61,987 bases of DNA. Source: Thermoplasmata archaeon. GTDB lineage: Archaea; Thermoplasmatota; Thermoplasmata; RBG-16-68-12; JAFNFQ01. The stretch covers positions 1 to 61,987 of the forward strand of contig JBGPQV010000015.1 in assembly GCA_041489255.1 (NCBI GenBank). Direction: 5' to 3'. A program made the translations under genes and the position numbers. This document shows, in pieces, positions 29,273 through 36,147 of the stretch. The notes under the pieces are model-generated. The model worked only from the letters and a program-made list of their open reading frames with translations. It searched no databases and was not told the DNA's origin. Positions within the stretch are counted from its first letter, which is position 1; each line of letters opens with the position of its first letter.

Positions 29273-29897
29273 GCTGGAAGGAGACAACACTGCTCCCCAA
29301 GGTTCTTGTCCCAATGTCAAATGTTGCTCCCGTTGGCAGGACAAGTCCCTCGCGGAAGTCGGCATAGTCAGTAGGTGCTCACGAGGAGCGTCAAGGGGCA
29401 TTTCTTGAATTGCGCGGCGACGGACGATGTCATTGGCGGAAAGCACGGAACCATCGCACCCAAGACGGGTGCGACCACAAGCGAGAAAAGGCTCCTTGAT
29501 CTCTCACATGATGCGGCAAGAGGTGAACTAGGAAGGTGATCGTTGGACAGCGAAACCAGACAACGATGGCCGAGCGAAAACTCGGCTATTCTTCGTCTCT
29601 TGGACTCCCCTTTCCATGAGGGATCTCAAGAACAAGTCCCCACTTGTCCCTCAAATCGGCAGAGGTTTTCTCTTCTTGCTTCTTCGGTGGAAGGGTCTTT
29701 CTGGGACTCTCAATCGTGAGCAATTGATGGCCTGACAACGTATAACTGCCTCCGAACTTCACGCCCCAGGTATAGGTTTCCATGCTCCTAATCATTGATG
29801 CGCGCTCCCTTACTTAGCTGTTGCGCTATCATAATCAAAAGCCCTTCCAATACGAGAACTCCCGTTTGTCGAACAGGCTGGCACCAGACATGACCGG

Positions 29898-30038
29898 CAG
29901 GCCCTGGAGCTGAAGAGGATACCAAAAAGGGTCGAGATAGCATTCTTCGAGAGCATCCAGGCGATCAGCGGCGCACTGAAGAGGAAAGCGGATCGCTTCA
30001 TTCCTCTGGAACCGATAATCAACAAGATCGGCACCTAG
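29898..30038 (+). pseudogene. C-terminal remnant of a NYN/LabA-domain gene
   Basis: Translates QALELKRIPKRVEIAFFESIQAISGALKRKADRFIPLEPII, matching the NYN C-terminal pattern (krVe..f...S..L...aD.Fi.l); no N-terminus. Confidence 0.5.
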
Positions 30039-30298
30039 TGTTTAGAAGTAGTTATTTCACCAGGTCGCCGAGGAGATACCCGAAAGCGTCTCCCCGCCAG
30101 GGCATGTTGGTTCCGCCGACCTGTTAAGTTGTTTCACCACCCTTATGACTCCCGAGTATCTTAAGCTCTTTCCTGGCATCATCTTGAAGGTGTGCTACAC
30201 GGGAAATCGCGGACCGGATTGAGTACGCCGTCGGAGCTGTCCCCTGATGCCCCGCCAGAACTTCGACGAAGAGAGGTTGCCGAGGCTGAGACGATGGG

Positions 30299-30598
30299 TC
30301 ATCCACCGCCACGAGGACGGTTGGGCACTCCCCGCGCGAACGGGTTGGCATAGAACACCCAGATGCATTCTTCGGCTGTGACGAATTCGAAGGTCACCCA
30401 TTCCGGGTCGCCGAGCTTGCGTATCCGCGAGAGGAGCGTTTCAAAGTCCTCATCGGAGTCGATTACCTTCCGGTTCTTCACCGCGATGTAGCGGTCGCCG
30501 AACTTCTTGCGCAGGGTCGGCAGGGACTTGTCGATCCATATCGAGTTCCGCTGTTCTCTTCGAATCGACCGGAGTATCTCCGCCTGGTTCACATTCAT
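30299..30598 (-). CDS. DUF5678-like small protein, followed by a probable aspartyl-protease remnant
   Basis: W.....L.KKFGDRYIAVKNRKVIDSDED...L pattern; GGAGG SD before ATG 30598. Confidence 0.65.
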   Translation of the reverse strand: MNVNQAEILRSIRREQRNSIWIDKSLPTLRKKFGDRYIAVKNRKVIDSDEDFETLLSRIRKLGDPEWVTFEFVTAEECIWVFYANPFARGVPNRPRGGG

Positions 30599-30754
30599 AT
30601 CCACCCTCCGATTCACCGGCAAGGCAATAAAGTATGGTCTTTCCATCATCAATTGCCCCTAATTCCTGTCGCTGACTGTTCGGCAGGTTTCGCACAAGGC
30701 TGCCCGCGGGCGAAATCGGGCGCTTTTTCCAACAATTCGACATCATTGAGAGGG

Positions 30755-31270
30755 AAGTCGGGGCAATCGGGAGAGATTCTCGAACAATTGAGAGGATGTC
30801 CGGAACAACCGGAATGGAACTCGGGACGATCGATGTGCACCCCCGAAAGGGTCTCCTTGACCTCGGACAATTGGGACGGACTCCGGCGCAATTGTCCCAA
30901 AGTCTGTAGCGATTGCGAAGGGTTCCGGGACATTCGTCCGGGCTTTGCGGGCAATCGGGGCGGGTTTCCGAACAACTGCGCCGAGGCTCGGGACAATAGG
31001 GATGCTCATTCGGACAAATGTATTGAATATACTCGCACCGGGACGGACGTCGGAACAATCGGGAGGGGTCCGCGCGCAATCGTCCCCACAGCCGGAGCAA
31101 CCGGGATGGACATCGGAGCAATCGAGAAGGGTCCACGGACATTCGTTCCGGGTTCCGGAGCAATTGCCCCAAGAGGCGTTCAGATCGGGATGGAAGCACG
31201 TCCGTATGGGGTGGACACGCCTTCAATCCGATTTAGGTTGCTTCAAGCTGAATATCGCCCGCTTCAAAAT
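30755..31270. repeat. 21-bp-period degenerate array A, about 20 clear units plus a decaying tail; core CGGRRCAATYG (+ strand)
   Basis: CAAT-type cores at 30764, 30785, 30806, 30827, 30868, 30889, 30910, 30931, 30952, 30973, 30994, 31015, 31056, 31077, 31098, 31119, 31140, 31161 and 31224. Confidence 0.85.
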
Positions 31271-31465
31271 GCGTTGCTGTCGACGCTTGTCTCCGGCGGC
31301 ATAGGTCCGGTCGGTTTGACCTCTGCCGGTGTGTGACGACGAGCGGCGCTGTTGATGCGGGATACCGTCAAGATCGAGCCGCGATTGGCGGGAATTTTCT
31401 TTGATATCGTTCATCCCGGGACAGTAACGCCCCCGTATGAACCGTCATCAGATTCGATCGGCATT

Positions 31466-31513
31466 CGAAAAAAGAAAAAATGGCGGGAGTCTGCCGCGAC
31501 CCCCGCCTTGTGG
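31466..31513 (-). terminator. Hairpin + T-tract terminator of helical gene A
   Basis: Minus strand: CAAGGCGGGGGTC-GCGGCA-GACTCCCGCC-ATTTTTTCTTTTTTCG. Confidence 0.75.
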
Positions 31514-31550
31514 ACTTAGGGTATTCCCCCTGACGTATCGCTTGTCGCGA

Positions 31551-31931
31551 TCACTCCGTCTTCATCGGGACGGGCTGAACGGCCGGGGACTCCACGTAGT
31601 CCGACCTGCGGATCCTGCTCCTGAGCCTCCGGATGTTCTTCGCCGCCGGCGACGACTTCTCGACCGCCGTCATCAGGGCGTCGACTCCTCCGGACGTCAG
31701 GTTGTAGAGGCGCTTCAGCCCATCGTTGAGCTGCTTCGTCTTGTCCTTCAGTTGCCTCTTCAGGTCTTCCTGGTCCGCGCCCAAGGCAACGACCTCGTCG
31801 TGGAGCCGCTTCAGGTTCCTCTGCATCGCGTCGGGGTCGTAACCGGCTGTTCTGAGCGCAGCGCCCTCCTCCAGGAAGGTCTTCTGCACGGTCGAAGAGA
31901 AACCGAGCGTCTGTGTTTCGGAAAGGGTCAT
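31551..31931 (-). CDS. Array-associated all-helical protein A (126 aa), function unknown
   Basis: Strong SD GAGGAGGTGA before ATG 31931; ungapped homology to 44163-44531. Confidence 0.8.
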   Translation of the reverse strand: MTLSETQTLGFSSTVQKTFLEEGAALRTAGYDPDAMQRNLKRLHDEVVALGADQEDLKRQLKDKTKQLNDGLKRLYNLTSGGVDALMTAVEKSSPAAKNIRRLRSRIRRSDYVESPAVQPVPMKTE

Positions 31932-32035
31932 CCTTTTTTTCACCTCCTCTTTTTTTCCTTCTCCGCGGAGGGTTCTCGCTTCCCCCGCGGGGAGTGAGTA
32001 AGACGTTGACTGGCGGGTACTTGAAATGGCCCCGT

Positions 32036-32079
32036 CCATCCAAAATGCATGCAGATTGCATCCAATATGCATCCAACAA
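32036..32079. repeat. Four 11-bp tandem repeats, consensus GCATCCAAWAT
   Basis: ccatccaaaat / gcatgcagatt / gcatccaatat / gcatccaacaa. Confidence 0.7.
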
Positions 32080-32160
32080 CGCGCCTGTCCTGATCTCGGC
32101 CGACCGAGCCGACGCAATGGAGAAAAGGCGACCACGCCATGCGGGAAGTGGCGCAGACGA

Positions 32161-32580
32161 CTACTCGGGCGGGCTCTGGGTGTGCATCGGGGGTCCAGAC
32201 GGGGCCTTCGGTCGATTCTCGTTCGTGAGCAGTTCCATCTTCATCAACCAGTCCAGTTGCGCGTCTTCGCAGTTCACGGACTTCGCCCCCAGGTCGATGC
32301 CCGATGTCTCCGCGAGGATCTCCGCGAGGTCCCGCCCCGCCGGGGTGAGCTTGTAGACCTGCCTCTTCCCCTTCTCCCCCTTGACCCAGTCGCTCCTGAC
32401 CTCGACGTACCCCTCGAGCACGAGCCTGTTCAGCTCGATCCCGGCGTGGTTCCTTCGAATCCCGAGGACCCGCGAGACGCCGAGCTGAGTCATCTCTATG
32501 GGGAAGACCCTGTCCTCGTTATGGCGGCGGGTGTCGTACAGGTGCAGAACAATCTTGCTGCCGATGGTAAGGGCATCCAA
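32161..32580 (-). CDS. Stand-alone winged-helix DNA-binding protein
   Basis: MTQLGVSRVLGIRRNHAGIELNRL...KRQVYKLTPAG (wHTH with a Y.LT..G wing). Confidence 0.75.
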   Translation of the reverse strand: MDALTIGSKIVLHLYDTRRHNEDRVFPIEMTQLGVSRVLGIRRNHAGIELNRLVLEGYVEVRSDWVKGEKGKRQVYKLTPAGRDLAEILAETSGIDLGAKSVNCEDAQLDWLMKMELLTNENRPKAPSGPPMHTQSPPE

Positions 32581-32873
32581 AACAAGTATCCTCGCGTGAG
32601 ATATTCGCGAGGGAGTATTTGAAAAGATTGGAGGGGTGTGCAGGTGAACCGGAGAGTCTCAGAATCGATAGCGTGAATGAGAGGTTTTCGCCGTGCGATT
32701 GGCAAACACGACGCCAATGGTGTCATTATCAATAACGTCTCGATCGTGCTCAGGCTGGAGGAGGAGGCTATGACCGTTGCGAGCCGTCAGGTCACCTTCC
32801 TCTGCGGCGAGGCTCGATTTCCCAGTTGGTCAAACGTTCTGGCGGAGCATCCTGCCATTGGGGGGATCTGGTT

Positions 32874-33347
32874 TCAACCTTCCTCGAGTTCCTTGGCGCT
32901 CGCGGGCGCAACAATTGTTGCCGAGTTGATTATGTACATCGGGTTTCCCTCTTGGTCGAATTGTTTCGGAATCCTGAACACCGACGAGACCACGACCTTT
33001 GTCTTGAGACGTTTTGGCTCTTCCACACCCTTCAACCGGTAGATGTTCCATCCTTCACGCTCCGTTACAACGTCTACCTCATCTTTTTTCAGGCGCTGCA
33101 GCTCTTCGAGGGGCACGGGAGTCGGATTGGGCTTCCCCCTATCCCCTGGGCTTGCGGTCACTACATTGAGCTGATGAAAGACGAAGTTGAGCGCGACCCT
33201 ACCTTGTTTCGGCATTTTCTTCGGTCCCATGACCTTCATGAGTATGGTCCGGCTGCGCAACAGAGTGCCATCCTCCAGGTCATAAGAACTCCAGATCTCG
33301 CGGATTATGTCGAATTCCTTTTCAACCAAAGGTTCTGGCCCTAGCAC
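32874..33347 (-). CDS. Hypothetical protein with an internally duplicated beta-rich domain
   Basis: REIWSSYDLEDG..LRSRTIL vs REGWNIYRLKG...LKTKVVV; starts 1 nt after the PIN gene stop. Confidence 0.7.
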   Translation of the reverse strand: MLGPEPLVEKEFDIIREIWSSYDLEDGTLLRSRTILMKVMGPKKMPKQGRVALNFVFHQLNVVTASPGDRGKPNPTPVPLEELQRLKKDEVDVVTEREGWNIYRLKGVEEPKRLKTKVVVSSVFRIPKQFDQEGNPMYIINSATIVAPASAKELEEG

Positions 33348-33348
33348 A

Positions 33349-33924
33349 TCAGGTCCCCCTTAGCAGATTGAGTGAAACGGTGGATTTCATGCTTCGAAAG
33401 CCCTCGTCATGCGTCGCAAGTTCATGGCAGCCCGAGCGTTCTGCGAATAGTATGTGGAGAATGTCAGCCCCGCCGGTGGTCCTCCAGTCTGGTTGTCCAT
33501 TTCGTCCCGGCCTCGAGGATTTGACGGGAAATGTGGATAACGCAGACTGCATCACGCGCGAAAAGAGGTCTGCATCTCCCTCTTCGGATTGACTCAGTTT
33601 GTCGGCATCCTGCAATTCAATCCCCGCTGCTCGAATAAACTTCTCTATCCGTGTGCTTATTCCCTGAAGCTGTTCAGCTGAAGGTGTTTTCCCGTCCCGC
33701 TGCGCGTATCCGACAGCGAGCACAGTAATGCATTCCGCCAAAGTAAACGTGCTCACGACGCCAACCATGTCGCCGTTGATGATCTTTTGCAGGAACCTCT
33801 GATTCCTAGCAAATGTGATGCCAGTCGCAGTCCCTAGCTCGTATGCAAGAATCATGGTATCAAGATAGACCCGGCGACGATTACTGGCAGTGCGGCCAGC
33901 AGACGGAGTATGTCCCTCGGCCAG
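33349..33924 (-). CDS. PIN-domain (VapC-like) RNase, probable CTG start
   Basis: RVYLDT (upstream of the track's ATG), STFTLAE, GGADILH, LATHDEGF. Confidence 0.75.
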   Translation of the reverse strand: MAEGHTPSAGRTASNRRRVYLDTMILAYELGTATGITFARNQRFLQKIINGDMVGVVSTFTLAECITVLAVGYAQRDGKTPSAEQLQGISTRIEKFIRAAGIELQDADKLSQSEEGDADLFSRVMQSALSTFPVKSSRPGRNGQPDWRTTGGADILHILFAERSGCHELATHDEGFRSMKSTVSLNLLRGT

Positions 33925-33925
33925 T

Positions 33926-34270
33926 CTAATCCCTCTTGCGTATCTTCTTCATAGCTTCGTCTATTTCCTTGACTCTCAGCGGGGAACCCGGAAAGACTTC
34001 TGACATTATGCCCCTATAGCGCTTAAGAACGTCAGCCTCCGCCTTTTTCGCCGGAATGACAACCGAGCGCCTGCGGTGGAATTGCCGATATGGGGGTCGC
34101 TCACCGGCGGATTCGGACTGGTCAAATATTAGCTCCACCGTCAAGCCATGCCCGATCGACGTCGCACTTTGTTCTGGGAAAGACGTTTTCTTGACCAGCA
34201 AAAAAGACCTTTCCGTGCCTATGTCGCTCGGTACTTGGCGTAACATATCCCAGTGGACTTGTACTGACAT
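33926..34270 (-). CDS. Putative antitoxin upstream of the PIN gene
   Basis: Coupled to the PIN gene; C-terminus LKRYRGIM...EIDEAMKKIR resembles VapB-like antitoxins. Confidence 0.5.
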   Translation of the reverse strand: MSVQVHWDMLRQVPSDIGTERSFLLVKKTSFPEQSATSIGHGLTVELIFDQSESAGERPPYRQFHRRRSVVIPAKKAEADVLKRYRGIMSEVFPGSPLRVKEIDEAMKKIRKRD

Positions 34271-34367
34271 ACTTCCCCTTGCACTCTATCGGCTCATGGG
34301 TATATGAATATGATGCGCGGAAGTTGCTTACTTGATAAGAGCGACGCTCCCGGCACGTGACTCCGCA

Positions 34368-34502
34368 TCGCTTCTGAGAACGACGGTCGCGATCCCATCC
34401 AGGCACAGCGGCGACAGCTTCCCTTCCGAGCCCTCGTGGATGCACGTCTGCTTCAGGTCGCACTCGGGGCAGAACCGCACGCGGATCTCGCTCTCATCCA
34501 GC
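34368..34502 (-). pseudogene. HNH gene 3' fragment (duplicate of 35461-35594)
   Basis: ESEIRVRFCPECDLKQTCIHEGSEGKLSPLCLDGIAT; near-identical DNA to the 35.5-kb copy. Confidence 0.85.
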
Positions 34503-34512
34503 CGAATCTGAT

Positions 34513-35133
34513 TCACTTCTCCGGTATGGGTTTTCCTTCCTCCATATCCTGGAAAATGCTGGTCAAGTCAACACGCTCGTCGACGGTGTCGAAGAGCTCC
34601 GGCGCCACCGAAGTTTCTCGTGTTTTGACATAGAACAGTCTCACGATTGCTCCAGCGTCTCTCGCAGCCATGACGGCCGCGACATAATCGCCGTCGCCGC
34701 CGACAAGGCCTATGTGCAGTGCCTCCTTCGACCAAGCTATCTTCGTCATCTCCACAGCCAAGAGCACGTCGACCATCTTCTGCTCTATAGTCACGACCTG
34801 TGTCATTGCTGACTGGAATCCCCCATCCTTGAGATAGCCAGATACGGTTGTCTGCTTGCAGTACCCCTTGCGTACCGTGAACCGCTCGAGACGGTCGATG
34901 GCACGCAACTCCTCCTCTTTCTTGCGATACTTCTCCTGCTGCAAGTTCGAAGGATTGTTCCTGTCCTTGAAGGGAAGTGCGTCGAAATAGTACGTGCGGA
35001 ACCGCCAGTGATATCTCGGGACGAGTCGGTTGGCGAAGGATTGCAGATCCCACTTGGCGTCAGAGACGAACCCATGGCGGGCCTTCTCCAGCCACCCGCC
35101 ATCGATGAGGCTGATGGACCTGGATTTGTCCAT
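34513..35133 (-). CDS. NYN/LabA-domain (PIN-like) RNase
   Basis: LIDGGWL, RTYYFDA, EQKMVDVLLAVEM, VGGDGDYV, DTVDER. Confidence 0.9.
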   Translation of the reverse strand: MDKSRSISLIDGGWLEKARHGFVSDAKWDLQSFANRLVPRYHWRFRTYYFDALPFKDRNNPSNLQQEKYRKKEEELRAIDRLERFTVRKGYCKQTTVSGYLKDGGFQSAMTQVVTIEQKMVDVLLAVEMTKIAWSKEALHIGLVGGDGDYVAAVMAARDAGAIVRLFYVKTRETSVAPELFDTVDERVDLTSIFQDMEEGKPIPEK

Positions 35134-35289
35134 CAGGTAGCCTCCACGGGGAGGAAATCAACAGAATCGGTCGGCCGTATTGGGGCCTCGGCGGCCCAGA
35201 GGGTCCCGAGGCGTGTAATCGATGTGGTTGTGGGTTCCGCGATTCCGGAACCGTGTAATCCGAAATCAAATGGGTTCATGGGTATTTAA
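35134..35289 (-). ncRNA. Candidate structured leader/RNA: TATA followed by two GATTACAC+hairpin units upstream of the NYN gene
   Basis: TTAAATA at 35289-35283; GATTACAC at 35260 and 35220, each followed by a 7-bp stem. Confidence 0.45.
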
Positions 35290-35449
35290 CAACATTGGAC
35301 TCGGTAATCAAGGTCGCTCGTTGGTGTAGCTTGCCGACGAGTTGCTCGGTGAGATTTCTGTGATCACGAGTCGAATCATCGGGGCATAGGAATTGCAGGC
35401 GCGAGATTCCTCAGCCTGGATTGCGCGGGTCGTTCCGGATCTTGGTGTC

Positions 35450-35839
35450 TCACTCCGACTTCGCTCTCAGGATGATTGTCGCGATCCCGTCCAGGCACAG
35501 CGGTGACAGCTTCCCCTCCGAGCCCTCGCGGATGCACGTCTGCTTCAGGTCGCACTCGGGGCAGAACCGCACGCGGATCTCGCTCTCCTCCAGCTCTAGG
35601 AGGCCCGCCCGATCGAACATCTCGTGCAGGAGCTTCAGGTACTTGCCCTCGGCTATTCGCGGCACGTCGTACTTCGCCGCCTTCAGCCCCCCGCGCGCGG
35701 TCCAGTACTCGTAGAGCCGCCGCGCGCCCTTGGAGCTGTTGCACGGGGCGCAGACCCAGACGGCGTTCTTCTCGTCCTGGGGCCCGTGGAGCGCCCTCGG
35801 GATGAGGTGGTCCAGGGTGAGGTCGGCGCTGGGCAGCAT
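35450..35839 (-). CDS. HNH endonuclease lacking its N-terminal domain
   Basis: LTLDHLIPR..HG....NAVWVCAPCNSSKG, PRIAEGKYLK, C-terminal CPEC; its start context matches those at 38771 and 46257. Confidence 0.75.
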   Translation of the reverse strand: MLPSADLTLDHLIPRALHGPQDEKNAVWVCAPCNSSKGARRLYEYWTARGGLKAAKYDVPRIAEGKYLKLLHEMFDRAGLLELEESEIRVRFCPECDLKQTCIREGSEGKLSPLCLDGIATIILRAKSE

Positions 35840-36147
35840 GGTCTCTCTCAGATTCATGATGATAGTGGGATTGCCATGTTGAATTTCCGTGCCATCGCAG
35901 AAGGCTCGGAGCGTTGCTCTGAATCACCAGGGAGCCACGAACGATCGAGGCTCGCGAGAAATGGCGGACCGGTGGCGCAAGGGGACGGCTGCGTGAATAA
36001 TCTCCGGCAATACGAAATGGGTGGAAGCGATTCTTCTGTTCGTTGCAGGCAGTCGAGGAAATCTCACCGCCAAAACGCATTTATATGCACTTCTCCATCC
36101 TGGCATGAGGACCTGATGCTAGGTCCGAGGAGATCGGAGGTAGGAGG

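Noticed and set aside
345-29446. Many long alternative-frame and antisense ORFs in the housekeeping region
   Set aside because: Shadow ORFs caused by high third-position GC, overlapping well-supported genes.
29822-29830. TGCGCTATC matches the putative IS terminal repeat at 140-132
   Set aside because: Only 9 bp; not distinguishable from chance.
30450-31336. Overlapping ORFs across array A (258, 227, 115 and 119 aa)
   Set aside because: By-products of a stop-poor 21-bp repeat; the repeat register shifts through all three frames, so no frame is conserved.
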